Origin: Chloroflexota bacterium
GTDB taxonomy: Bacteria > Chloroflexota > UBA11872 > VXNJ01
DNA: 64,000 nucleotides
Assembly: GCA_965261345.1 (NCBI GenBank)
Contig: OZ253449.1
Span: 1,568,001-1,632,000, forward strand
Direction of reading: 5' to 3'
Shown: positions 11,243 through 22,136 of the stretch, one piece after another
Numbering within the stretch: the stretch's first letter is position 1
Layout: each line of letters begins with the position of its first letter
Notes under the pieces: model-generated
The model's input: only the letters and a program-made list of their open reading frames with translations
What the model was told of the DNA's origin: nothing
The model's database searches: none
Translations under genes and position numbers: made by a program

Positions 11243-12930
11243 CTAATGTCCGATCAGGCCAACCTGCGGGTGCGTCCAGGCCAGTTTTGAAAGCGTTTCC
11301 ATAAAGTGGGCGCGCGTGAGATGCATGTCCCAAACCGGTACGTCAATTACCATCGGCGCCGCAAGCTCGATCGCACTCGGAATCAATGAAACAAGGTCCA
11401 TTGGGTCCTTAGCGTGCATACCGATCGCGCCGAATGATTCGGCTAATTTGACCAGGTCTGGATTTACGAGATCGGTTTCGTAGGTCCCGTCGAACAGGTC
11501 ATCTAGTTCGCTGGCGACATTGCCGTAGGAGTCATTCCTAAACACGATCGTGACCACGTTGATTTTGTAGCGGACGGCGGTGGCGAGCTCGGTGGCATTG
11601 AAAAGGAATCCGCCATCGCCGCAAATTGCGAACGCGGGTTGGTGCGGTGCCGCCACCTTTGCTCCCAGGGCGGTTGGAAAGGAATATCCGAGGTTGAACG
11701 AATATCCCGAATCTATGTAGGTGTTTGGGTGGTTTACTTTGGAGTGAGTCCGGGCGTAATAACCAAATTGGCTAACGCCCCAAGCGACGTGAGCGTCGGA
11801 CGGAATCGCCTGATTGACGGCTTCTACGATCGGGTACTGAGGTTCCTTGAACCGAATGTCGTGATAGGCAATCAATTGGCGGGCCGCGGTCACCGCGTCG
11901 GCGGGCGAGGGGCAGTCACCGGCTACGGCTTCAACCAGATGCGGAGTCCAAGCTTTCAAAGTTGCCCGGGCGTCGCCGTGCAATGGAATTGCGTTGGCCT
12001 GCACCCGGGTGAGTTCGGAGTCATCAATATTGATGTTTATGAGGGTGGAGGACTCTCCGGCCGGGTTCCCCAATGAGAATCGCGTGCCAACCCCGATGAC
12101 CAGGTCGGAAGATTGCATCACGTCGTGTTGATCGTTGATCTCCTGTCGCTCGGCACTGGGGCTAATGCAAGAGCCGTAGCAGAGTGGGTGATTGTCAGGC
12201 AGCGATCCCTTGCCGCCAGGCGACGTAATCACCGGAATATCGGTTTTCTCAACCATTTCGCGCAGGGCCGCCTCCGCGCCGGATCGGATCACGCCACCAC
12301 CGGCAAAAATGAGTGGAAAGCTCGACTTGGCCACCAATGCGGCAGCGTCGCGGAGTTGGTCGGGGCTGGGGACAATGTGTGCGATCGGGGCCGGATTGGG
12401 CAATTGCACGTCGTCCCGTTCCACCCCCACTTCGGGCGGGAAATTTATCAATACCGGCCGTGGTCGACCGGTCCGCATTTGCCTGAATGCTTCCGTTACC
12501 ACTCCGGGAACATCGCCTGGAGTATTAACCTGCTGATGCCATTTGATCAATGGTTCGGCCACTCGCGATTGGCCCCAGATCTCGTGAACGGCGTCGAGCC
12601 GTTTGCTGATCTGCCGCCTCGGAATCTCGCTGGCGATGACCAGCACGGGCACCGAACGCGCAAACGGGGTAGTTAAGGCAGCAGCAGCGTTGTAGAGCCG
12701 GCTCCTGGGATTACCAAAACAACACCAGGTTTGCCCGATATTCGGGCGTACCCATCGGCCATGTGGACCGCACCCGCTTCGTGCCGGGTCGTGATCTTGC
12801 GAATGCGTGGTTCGTCACGCAGCGCGGCAATGATCCCGGACATGTGAATCCCCGGGATTCCGAATATGACCTCGGTTCCCTCCCGAACCAGGGATGCGAC
12901 CAAGGCTTCTCCACCGCTCAGTTTTGGCAT
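11243..12930 (-). pseudogene. Thiamine-diphosphate-dependent enzyme (acetolactate synthase large subunit-like), frameshifted
   Basis: N-terminus FGIPG...TRHE...MADGYAR; C-terminal ThDP motif GDGGFLF...RNDSYG; reading frame broken near 12670-12700. Confidence 0.85.
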
Positions 12931-13139
12931 TGTGGAACCCGGAAACTGTTCATCGTCGTTGGGGAGCACCCAGGAGGTAGTTGCGCGGATGAATCATTAC
13001 CGCCGCAGTTGGCCTTGCAGTTTACCGGAGCCGATGGATTGACGGCAGATTCGGACATTTCGAGAAATTTATTGCGCCCGTCATCGCCGAACTAGAACTG
13101 ACGCACCTCAACTAAAGTCAGCATCTTCATTGACCTGGC

Positions 13140-13525
13140 CCTTGTAAGGGGGTGCGAGAAGTCGCCCGACACCGCTGCGCCCGCCCGGCAGGGCCGCAAA
13201 TCCCGACCACTTCCCTGGGGCGCCGCAAGGATCGCTTTAGCGCCGGCCAGAGCAAGGCGTTACCGAGTCTTAAATTCCGTGGGGATCGGACCCAGCGCCG
13301 AGCGCTGGCTGATCCTTGCGGACCCGAGCGGCGCCGGACGCATTTGCCAGAAGCTCTCTGAACATCAGGACCATCGCCCACCTCGACGGCCGCTGGAAGA
13401 CCGACTGACCCTCGGGGATCGTCACTTAGCATTGGCGCTTTGGCTTCGGCTATGTCGCCGCAATTCTCCGCACACCGGATCCGGGCCGTTACCGTCTGCC
13501 CGACCGGTCCCGCTACCTGCAACAC
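13140..13525 (-). pseudogene. Possible degenerate transposase C-terminal remnant (IS5/IS1182-like)
   Basis: Weak RRR.G...NLR.L-like residue pattern and an IS-end-like GGGGTGCGAGAAGTC; heavily decayed. Confidence 0.25.
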
Positions 13526-13823
13526 GGTACTTTCCTCTGGCGGGGCTTTGGGATCGCCGCTAAAGGGGCACGGTGACCAAGGGGCTCGACGGGGTGGCGG
13601 CCCAACTTCTGGCCCTGCGCGGCTTCACAAAGCAGATTGATAACACCGAAAACCGATTCCGGCCAAGGCAATTAACCGCACCGGGCTAGCGATTTCTAGG
13701 CTGGCGAACGGAATCGCAAGGGATTCGAGCTTGCTCATCAATAATTATTCAACCAGTAGCAGAGATGAGCGCCATTTTCGAGAACCAGTTGGACTAAGCG
13801 TCCGGCGTTCGGGAGTTAGATAT

Positions 13824-15386
13824 ATGAAATTTAAAGATGCCGTTGATGCAATTGCGAAGTACCACGAATTGCATCGCATTGCCGGTGCGCACGTCGTCGA
13901 TCACCGCCGGCTCAATCCTGATGAATTGCGTGATGCGCTGCACAAAGTGAAACCGCAGTACGTCCACGAAGAAACAATCCGATCTAATTTCGAGCAGGCG
14001 CTATTCAAAGAAGAGAGCACCCAACTGCGAGTCCTCTCGCGATTGATCCTTGTTGACGTGCTACTGAACCAGTACGGATTCGAGTTGCCGTTTAACGAAA
14101 CCGAGGAATCGGTCATTGCATTCGAGCAGATGGTCGTCGACCGGTCCAATGAAATTGAACTGATCGATTTGGGGTGTGCAGGCAACACATCTACGCGATT
14201 TAACAACCTCAAGCTCTACGAATTCGTATTGGAAGTCGCTTGGCAAAATGACGATGACAAATCTCCTGACGAAGTCAATCTTCTGCGGAAGCTTCGGGAG
14301 CGATTAGCGGTCACCGAATCTGATCATCGACTGATGGAGGCAAAGCTCGGCAAGTACCCGAAATTGGAAAACTCGCTCCACGCACGGGACGAGATCGATG
14401 AAGCGCGTAGGTACCTGCACGGTCTTGGGCTGTTATTTGCAATTCGCCGCGATGACGATGTCGACGTGGACCTTGTCCCAGAAGAAGTTGCCGAGACGAT
14501 TAGAAGCTTGGTTAACCGACACATGCGGGACGAAGCCTACAGCCTGATGATGGCTGAGCGGCCGGTTCGGAAAAAGGCGCACCTACAGAGCGTCTTGGAA
14601 AAGAACGGTGTCGAATTCGGCAAATACGACACTCTGGAAACGTTGACTTCCCTAGTCGTTGACTACGTTCCGGCCGCAAAGGCAATCAGCAGCAATTCAC
14701 CACGCTACGGCTTATCTAATAAACAGCTTTCGTCCTGGTGCCGAGATCTCGGTGCGCCTGTCTACGGTACAACGGATGAAATGGTGGACCGGATAATCCG
14801 CCACTTTGACCGCCGACGGCCAGTGGTGGAGCATGAGGATGATGCACGGGCTACGTGGTATGACTACTACGAAGAATTGGCGACCCGCGATTACGGCACC
14901 CTCCGCTCTCAAGAAATCATTGCGAAAGACTTGGAAATCGAGTCGAAGTTTGAGGACGCGACCAAGTACCTCTTTTCTGAAAAGCTGAAGCACGCTCCCC
15001 TTAAACAACCTGGGTCGAACCATCCGGATGGGTTGCTCAGCCTCGGCTCGTTCTACCTAATGTGGGACAACAAGTCGAAAGAAACACCAGTAAACCTTCG
15101 CGACCACACAAAACAATTCGACGCATATATGGAGAGCGCGGAAAAACCGGTACCGATTTTCTTGGTGATCGGCCCCGCATTTACGAAAGATTCTGAATAC
15201 GAGGCAATCCGGTATCGCGCCGAGCATTTCGACCGGGCAATCACTTTGATAACCGCCGGCGAGTTGCGGGAATTGGCCGAGGAGTGGGCAAATTCCGACA
15301 ACAAACGCCGCGAAGAACCTTTTCCACTAGGGTTGCTGGGCGCCAACGGGCGGTATTCGCGAAATCAATTGGGAAAACTCGCCTAG
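13824..15386 (+). CDS. Hypothetical protein: TerB-like segment, SAP/HeH-like motifs, C-terminal PD-(D/E)xK nuclease
   Basis: GGGAG RBS; AWQNDDDKSPDEVNLLRKLRERL (TerB-like); LSNKQLSSWCRDLGAPVYGTTDEMVDRI (SAP-like); FE...HPDG...WDNK...QFDAY...FLVIGPAF (restriction-endonuclease fold). Confidence 0.7.
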   Translation: MKFKDAVDAIAKYHELHRIAGAHVVDHRRLNPDELRDALHKVKPQYVHEETIRSNFEQALFKEESTQLRVLSRLILVDVLLNQYGFELPFNETEESVIAFEQMVVDRSNEIELIDLGCAGNTSTRFNNLKLYEFVLEVAWQNDDDKSPDEVNLLRKLRERLAVTESDHRLMEAKLGKYPKLENSLHARDEIDEARRYLHGLGLLFAIRRDDDVDVDLVPEEVAETIRSLVNRHMRDEAYSLMMAERPVRKKAHLQSVLEKNGVEFGKYDTLETLTSLVVDYVPAAKAISSNSPRYGLSNKQLSSWCRDLGAPVYGTTDEMVDRIIRHFDRRRPVVEHEDDARATWYDYYEELATRDYGTLRSQEIIAKDLEIESKFEDATKYLFSEKLKHAPLKQPGSNHPDGLLSLGSFYLMWDNKSKETPVNLRDHTKQFDAYMESAEKPVPIFLVIGPAFTKDSEYEAIRYRAEHFDRAITLITAGELRELAEEWANSDNKRREEPFPLGLLGANGRYSRNQLGKLA

Positions 15387-15653
15387 GGTTGGCAACCAAT
15401 GCGAAAAACGAAATTTGTCGTGTCCGCGTTTTGGCGAAACTTCAATGCGCAAAAGGCTGAGCGTCAGACGATTCGTCGGATTGAGCCTGTGATCAACTGT
15501 CGCTACTGCACCCGATTGTCACGGGCATACACGCCGGTTCGGCACCGACTCGAATTTGCGAATGGACAGAGCGCCGCGCAGCCGACTGTATCTGAACCAA
15601 GCGTGTTACAAGGCTTGACCAGCATGACGCCGCCGCGATTGGAGAGGAACTAG

Positions 15654-17324
15654 TTGACTACATTCGCGCAGGCGACGAAGCTATGGCTGATCGCAATCCT
15701 TTTTGTGGCTCTCTCGCTGATTTTGGCAACCGGGGCGAATGCCAATAGCCCCGACTTTGCAATCGCTGGCGGTTGGTTTTTTACTCAAGGCGGAGGCGAC
15801 ACCGCCCGCTCCGACGATGGATTCGCCGTAATTGATGACGAGGGCGCAAAGTTCTGGACCGCGTTTCAAGCCAGTGGCGGCGTCGGGGCCGTTGGCTATC
15901 CTATTTCAGTCCGATTCCAATGGGATGGATTTGTAACCCAGGTCATGCAAAAAGCCGTTTTTCAATGGCGGCCGGAAACTGACAGCGTCGCCTTTGTAAA
16001 CGTTTTTGACGATCTCTCACGCCATGGCTTCGACGACCAACTGGCCACCCTCCTGGTCCCTGAACCAGAAGTGTTTAACGACGAGACTGGTCTCAGCTTC
16101 GGACAAATAATTGCCAAGCGCACGGCGCTTCTGGAACCCGAACCGGCGTTATTGGCCGTCTACCAAGCCGCCGCAGATCCGTTGCGCAATTACGGCTTGC
16201 CGCAATCCAGCGTTAGGCAATACGACGGATTGCGGGCAATCCGCCTGCAACGGGTGGTTCTACAAATCTGGACTAGCGACTTCCCCTGGGCCCAAGCGGG
16301 AACCGTAACCATTGCCAACGGTGGGGACCTGGCAAAGCAGCTGGGCCTATTTAGGGCGACAGGATCCGCGTTCGTGCCCATGTCGCCGCCGGGCTCGGAA
16401 CCAGGACTTGTGGAACCGAGCGAGCTAACAACTGCGCGGGAACTTTTGTCCGAAATCGCGATTGAAGCCGAGCGCGCTGACGGGTATAGCCGCGCCGACT
16501 GGCGCCACTGGAGCGACTTCGACGGCGATGGCTGCAATACCCGCTGCGAGGTACTAGCAGACGAGCGACGCCCAAATGGCGACTGGTATTCGGCCTTCGA
16601 CGGACAGGTAACTGACAATCCCTCGACCTTTGATATTGACCACATTGTTCCACTGGCGGAAGCACACGAATCAGGCGGCTGGGCCTGGGACGAAGAAACC
16701 CGGGAACTTTTTGCCAACGATCAGGAATACGCACATTCATTAATTGCCGTTTCGGCCAGCTCCAACCGCAGCAAGGGCAAGCGCGACCCAGCCGAATGGC
16801 TACCCTCAGCCGAAGGAGCCCATTGCTTCTATGCCGAGGCCTGGGTTGTCGTCAAATGGCGTTGGCAGCTCGGCGTTGACCAAACCGAACACGACGCATT
16901 GAAAGGGATCCTGGACGATTGCCCAGCAACTTCGCTAAGCGAAATTGCACCGCCGCAAGCGAGCCCCGCCACTTCGACCCCCACCATGGATCCCGCCACT
17001 TCGACCGGCACTATGAACCCCGGGACCACGTCGGCGCAAGTACAGATCGAATATTGCGATGCAAGCGCCGAACTGGTCCAGATCAGCGGTCCGGCAGGCT
17101 TTGATCTGGGTGGTTGGCAGATCAGCGACCAAGGTCCGCAGTTTAGCCACACGTTCAGTCCCGGAACGAATCTGCGCGACGACGGCAAGATATTGATCGC
17201 GTCCGGCCGCGCTACGGGCGATCTAAGACCCTGGGGCGGCCGCTTCGTCTGGAACAACGACGGCGATGTGGCCACACTCACCGACCCAACGGGTCGGGTG
17301 GTTGCCACGCGCGATTGCAGCTAA
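15654..17324 (+). CDS. Secreted nuclease: signal peptide, N-terminal domain, DUF1524/HNH-type domain, Pro/Thr linker, lamin-tail domain
   Basis: Hydrophobic signal ending ANA; DGDGCNTR, DIDHIVPL, AVSASSNRSKG, DPAEWLP; DLGGWQISD...VWNNDGD LTD motif. Confidence 0.82.
   Translation: MTTFAQATKLWLIAILFVALSLILATGANANSPDFAIAGGWFFTQGGGDTARSDDGFAVIDDEGAKFWTAFQASGGVGAVGYPISVRFQWDGFVTQVMQKAVFQWRPETDSVAFVNVFDDLSRHGFDDQLATLLVPEPEVFNDETGLSFGQIIAKRTALLEPEPALLAVYQAAADPLRNYGLPQSSVRQYDGLRAIRLQRVVLQIWTSDFPWAQAGTVTIANGGDLAKQLGLFRATGSAFVPMSPPGSEPGLVEPSELTTARELLSEIAIEAERADGYSRADWRHWSDFDGDGCNTRCEVLADERRPNGDWYSAFDGQVTDNPSTFDIDHIVPLAEAHESGGWAWDEETRELFANDQEYAHSLIAVSASSNRSKGKRDPAEWLPSAEGAHCFYAEAWVVVKWRWQLGVDQTEHDALKGILDDCPATSLSEIAPPQASPATSTPTMDPATSTGTMNPGTTSAQVQIEYCDASAELVQISGPAGFDLGGWQISDQGPQFSHTFSPGTNLRDDGKILIASGRATGDLRPWGGRFVWNNDGDVATLTDPTGRVVATRDCS
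16962..17042 (+). repeat. Three imperfect 27-bp tandem repeats encoding a Pro/Thr linker
   Basis: SPATSTPTM / DPATSTGTM / NPGTTSAQV; CCCGCCACTTCGACC occurs twice. Confidence 0.7.
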
Positions 17325-17796
17325 CCGCATCAGTCGGCGCGCTAGCTACAGATCTGACGTTAGTCTGCCACCGCAGGGCTCAACATTCCAGACCCGAGAT
17401 GTTGCTGATTCGATTGGGGCGTTACCGCTCATCAATTTGCGTCGAAGCCGACCAGATTACCGGAATCTGCACTTGGAGGGATCAATGGAGCCCGGTATGA
17501 CGCTGCGGCGGCTGTTCCGGTTCGTTCCCTGCGAGATGGGTTTCGGGATCGGGGCTAATTGGCTCAAGAACGCCTTCTGCGCCAATCCAATGCGATCTGT
17601 CGTCATCAGCATGTGGACGGCCACTGAGATCTGCCCGGACACGGACATCGGATGTGGCCGCCCTTGGCCGCCGTTGGGAAATTTTCATGGCCACTGGCCG
17701 GCTCCCCCTCATTGGTACCAGCGGGAATGTGAATAATCTGGTTCCAACGAAAGGGGACTGCAATGGCGAAGCGAAAGTACTCGCCCGAACAGATCA

Positions 17797-19723
17797 GAAC
17801 AGCCAGTCCAACTGGTACCAGGACAAGGAGTGAAAGTCTCCCGTGATGAAGGGCGAGAGCCAGCCCACATCAGCCCGCGAGCCGTGCGCGGGTAACCGCG
17901 AGGTTACCCGTGAAGCGTCGGTAGCGGGGCATGCGAGCCGGGCTATCGAGCGCCGAAATACCGGTTCGGAGCGCCGAGACCGTGATTCTGGTCGAAGGCA
18001 ACACCGACAGCGGCGATATTGGCAAGTCGCTGATCTGGGCTCCGCGGCGTCGAAGAACTCGCGCACGTATGCACGTCCATCCCCGGGACCTGGGAGACCT
18101 GTCCAGCGCCCCAACGCACTCGCAGCATTGGGGCCGCATCGGGAAGGAAGGAGTTTCGCAATCCGATGATGCACGATGTGCAGAAGTCTGATGCGGCCAT
18201 AGTACCTGCGAAGGCGGCGAACAATGGGGCGTAAAACCCCGGCGGAGCCGCCGGAGGAAAGGGCCGCAAGCAAGAGGAACGCGCCAGGCACCGGCACGGA
18301 CTACACCCAGGGGTGGGTTCCCGTGTCACCCGGAGCCGAACGCGTACGGCAACACGCCAAAGAGAACCCAGAGGGAAAACTCACCGCGCTCTTACACCAC
18401 ATAGACCTTGACGCGCTAAGGGATGCGTTCTACGGGCTAAAACCCAATGCCGCTCCCGGCGCCGACGGGATCACGTGGAGGATGTACGAGGAAAACCTGG
18501 AAGAGAAACTTCTCGACCTTAAAGACCGCGTGCACAAAGGAGCATACCGAGCGACCCCCGTCCTGCGGGTAGCGATACCCAAACCGGACGGCGGGAAGCG
18601 AGCGCTTGGAATCGCATCCATAGAGGACAAGATCCTGCAGCGGGCGGTGTGTCAACAGATCCTTGACCCGATCTATGAATCGGAGTTCGCCGGGTTCGCA
18701 TACGGGTTCCGGCCAAAAAGATCAGCGCACGACGCGCTGGACGCCCTGGCCTACGCCATCGAACGGAGAAAAGTCAACTGGATTCTTGACGCCGACATAA
18801 AAGGCTTCTTCGACCATCTCGACCGCGAGCGACTCATCTCGTTCCTGGGAGAGCGAATCGGAGACAACCGCGTCCTGCGCCTAATCCGCAAATGGCTGAG
18901 CACCGGAGTAATGGAAGCCGGAGAACTATCCGACAGCGTGCAGGGAACACCGCAAGGGGCGCCGATATCGCCGCTGCTTGCCAACGTGTACCTGCACAAA
19001 GTCCTGGACTCATGGTTTGCCAAGGAATGGCGACCCAAAAGCGCCAGCGGCGAGGTCTACATCGTCAGGTATGCCGATGACTTCGTCCTGGGATTTGAGT
19101 ACCGCAGCGATGCGGTCAGATTTGCAAAGGATTTGCGAGACAGGCTAGAAGAGTACGGATTAGAGCTTGCAGCCCACAAGACCCGCCTGATCGAGTTCGG
19201 CCGATACGCGATCGAGAATCGCCGCCAGCGTAACGACAGCCGTCCGGAGACTTTTGACTTCCTCGGCCTAACGCATTACTGCCGGACGATGAGCAACGGA
19301 AAGTTCGGACTGGGACGCAAGCCCATCGCCAAGCGCGTCAGACGCACCCTGAAGGCGATCAAAGAGAAGCTGCGTATGCGCATGCACGACGATCCCGCGC
19401 AGACCGGGCAATGGCTCGGGATGGTGCTGAACGGATGGCTCAACTATTACGCCGTCCCCACCAGTTATCCGTCCCTTTGTCGATTCCGCCAACGGCTGCA
19501 ATGGCATTGGAAACGCACCCTGCAGCGTCGCTCGGACAAAGATCGCACCACCTGGGAGCGCATCAGCCAGCTTTGCGACCAACTCTGGCCGCCCGTCCAA
19601 ATCCGCCACCCATGGCCCGCCCAGCGCTTTGCCGTTAGATACTCAAGCTAGGAGCCCGGTGCGTTAACGCGCACGCCGGGATCTGTACGGGGGGCATCGG
19701 GCAACCGGTGTTCCTACCGTGAA
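17797..19723 (+). ncRNA. Group II intron (IIB, bacterial class E/D-like) with non-canonical termini
   Basis: Boundaries from the intron-free IS3 copy (CAGATCA|TCAACAAG); DIII stem TGCGGCC 18192-18198 / GGCCGCA 18262-18268; DV GAGCCCGGTGCGTTAACGCGCACGCCGGGATC; DVI with bulged A19716. Confidence 0.9.
18323..19651 (+). CDS. ltrA: Group II intron reverse transcriptase/maturase without endonuclease domain
   Basis: APGADG, IPKPDGGKRALGI, YGFRP, DADIKGFFD, GTPQG, YADD, FDFLG, GWLNYY, C-terminal HPWP; ORF open from 18224, GTG 18323 is the likelier start. Confidence 0.93.
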   Translation: MSPGAERVRQHAKENPEGKLTALLHHIDLDALRDAFYGLKPNAAPGADGITWRMYEENLEEKLLDLKDRVHKGAYRATPVLRVAIPKPDGGKRALGIASIEDKILQRAVCQQILDPIYESEFAGFAYGFRPKRSAHDALDALAYAIERRKVNWILDADIKGFFDHLDRERLISFLGERIGDNRVLRLIRKWLSTGVMEAGELSDSVQGTPQGAPISPLLANVYLHKVLDSWFAKEWRPKSASGEVYIVRYADDFVLGFEYRSDAVRFAKDLRDRLEEYGLELAAHKTRLIEFGRYAIENRRQRNDSRPETFDFLGLTHYCRTMSNGKFGLGRKPIAKRVRRTLKAIKEKLRMRMHDDPAQTGQWLGMVLNGWLNYYAVPTSYPSLCRFRQRLQWHWKRTLQRRSDKDRTTWERISQLCDQLWPPVQIRHPWPAQRFAVRYSS

Positions 19724-21356
19724 TCAACAAGCTCCGGGCGATAGAGCTGGGCATCGCCCAGGGCGACACCGTCGAGCAGAGCTGCCGCAAGGCGGCGATC
19801 AACGTCCAGACCTATTACCGCTGGCGCTCCCGCTACGGCGGAATGACGATCGCCGAGGCCAAGGAAGCCAAGCGCCTGCGCGAGGAGAACACGCGCTTAA
19901 AGAAGGTGGTGGCCGACCAGGCCCTGGACATCCAGATCCTTCAATGAGAGGCCTTAAGGAAACTTCTAAGCCCGGAGCGGCGGCGCAAGTGCGTCGATCA
20001 CATCCGGGCGATCTTCAAGGTCTCCGAACGCAGGGCCTGCCGGGTGCTGGGCCAGCCCCGCCGCACCCAGCGCTACATCCCAAAACCCGATCCGGAAGAG
20101 GACAACCTCACCGCCGAGATCAGGATGCTTTCCCTCAAACACCCCCGCTATGGCTACAAGCGCATCACCGCCCTGCTTAAACACTCGGGCTGGAAACTGA
20201 ACCGCAAACGGGTATTGCGCATCTGGCGCGCGCAGGGCCTTAAGGTCCCGATCCGAAAGGTCAAGAAGTCGCGCCTCTGGCTGGAGAACGGACGCTCTAC
20301 GCGGCTTATGGCCGAGCGCCCGAATCACGTCTGGGCCTACGACTTTACTTAACCAGCGCACCGAGGACGGCAGACCGCTGCGGATCCTGACCGTGGTCGA
20401 TGAGTTCACCCGCGTGGCCTTAGCGGCCCGGGCGGCCCGATCCTTCCCTGCCGGGGACGTGATCGAGGTCATCGCGGATCTCATGCTCATCCACGGGGTC
20501 CCCGAGCACATCCGCTCTGACAACGGCCCCGAATTTACTGCCAAAGCGATAAGGCAATGGCTATCGGCAAACCAGGTCAAGACCGTCTACATCAAGCCCG
20601 GAGCACCATGGGAGAACGCCTATGCCGAATCCTTCATCTCCAGGGTGAGGGACGAACTCCTGGAGCGCGAGATCTTCTACACCCTCGAGGAGGCCAGGGT
20701 GATGCTGGAGCGCTTCCGGATCGACTACAACAGCGTGCGTCCGCACAGTGCGCTCGGCTACCTATCGCCCCTGGAAGCGATCGCGGCGGCGGCGTGATGG
20801 AGTACCTGCAAGTTGCAATCCGGCTGCTGCCGGCCGGCCTCATCGACGGCCTGGGGTCCGCCTTCGTGGGCGCTGCGGGCGCCTGCAAAATCAACCTCGC
20901 CGCCAACTCTCCTGCAGGAGAGTTGGCGGCACCCTCCCACAAGACAATGTCTCAAACCACCTGGTACCAAAACCGGGGACCTGCCAGCCACCAGCAGGCA
21001 GTTCCCGATGACCGTCCACAATCAGCATGGAAATTTCGGATGGTGCGGAGCGACGAATCAGATTCGAAGTCCGAATCCGATTACCGCTATTCGAGCGCAA
21101 TTCGAAGTTCCCCAGTTGAGGGACGTCGCGTCGCGCTGACCAGACCCAAACCCGGCAAGACTCATCCGTTTTTTGATACAAATCTTGGCGAAAGGCCACT
21201 ACATCGAGCGCCCGAGTCCGTCTGAGGAATCGCCGGTGGATGTGAAAGTTAGATCCGCCAACGGCGCAACAGCGTAAATTTCTCGAAGGTCGCTGCGACT
21301 GAATCAACACGCGTTCAAAATACTGTAAATGTATGAACTAGCCACAGTATTTCCAA

Positions 21357-21623
21357 ATGAAGAAGAACATCACTGTCGCAGTTGACGCAGAGTTGTATCG
21401 TCTAAACCGAATTAAAGCTGCCGAAACCGGGACAACCGTGACTTCAATGGTGCGCAATTTCCTGCATTGGAATGTGTACGGCCGGACCCCGAGTGGGGAA
21501 TTATCGGGCCACTATGATGACGTGCGCGCCATATTCGCGCTAGCAGATGCCAGTGAACATGAATTTGGCGTCGCAGACATGCTTCCGCGCGATCAACTGC
21601 ATGATCGAAATGCAGTTCGTTGA
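21357..21623 (+). CDS. RHH/CopG-like antitoxin
   Basis: KNITVAVDAEL...TTVTSMVRNFL; C-terminal RDQLHDR typical of VapB-like partners; overlaps the PIN gene. Confidence 0.75.
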   Translation: MKKNITVAVDAELYRLNRIKAAETGTTVTSMVRNFLHWNVYGRTPSGELSGHYDDVRAIFALADASEHEFGVADMLPRDQLHDRNAVR

Positions 21624-22047
21624 TACCAACATCCTCATTCAAGCGGTCGGCAAGCGCTGAAATGAGTTGGAGAAAAGGCAGGCGGCTCGACGAATACTCG
21701 AATCCGAAGATTTTGCAGTCTCGGTGCAAGTCTTGCAAGAGTTTTACGTTCAAATTGCGCGAACATCTAGCCCGGTCGGTATATCGCACGAATCAGCAAG
21801 CCGGATCATCGACGGGTTAATTGAATCTAGGGGTGTAAAGATCCAAACGAAAACCCTAAAGGTGTTGCGCTCGGCGCTAGCTTTTCGCGCTCGAATCGCA
21901 TTAAGTGCTTGGGATTGCACGATTTTGGCTGCGGCTCAAGCCTGCGGTTGCGAAGAGATATTATCCGAAGATTTCAGTCATCAGCTCGACTACGGCGGGA
22001 TGCGCGTGATCAACCCTTTCGTCGACCTATGTAGATCGTCCGCATGA
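21601..22047 (+). pseudogene. PIN-domain toxin with in-frame TGA at 21658-21660
   Basis: FVDTNILI...stop...SVQVLQEFY...WDCTILAAA...SEDF...NPF all in one frame. Confidence 0.85.
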
Positions 22048-22098
22048 TCGACTTCGCGTAACAGCCTTAGGAAATTCGACAACTACTGCGGCAATTGA

Positions 22099-22136
22099 CG
22101 CATTGACTCACTGTTTTTGTAATCGAAACAGGCCGT
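22099..22136 (+). repeat. Solo terminal inverted repeat of the ISNCY element
   Basis: First 34 bp are identical to the reverse complement of 34266-34299. Confidence 0.85.

Larger units (their letters stand above)
17695..20986 (+). mobile_element. IS3-family element copy 1, interrupted by a group II intron, transposase degenerate
   Basis: IRL TGGCCGGCTCCCCCTCATTGGTACCAG, IRR revcomp TGGCAGGTCCCCGGTTTTGGTACCAG; 5-bp TSD GCCAC; colinear with copy 2; lesions near 19945 and 20350. Confidence 0.92.

Noticed and set aside
18224-19651. RT as a retron, DGR or defence-associated RT
   Set aside because: It is embedded in a full group II intron RNA (DIII, DV, DVI) and has maturase/thumb motifs; no template/variable repeat pair or msr-msd was seen.
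21658-21660. In-frame TGA as selenocysteine or recoding
   Set aside because: It lies in a non-catalytic loop of a PIN toxin with no evident SECIS-like hairpin; other genes use TGA as stop.
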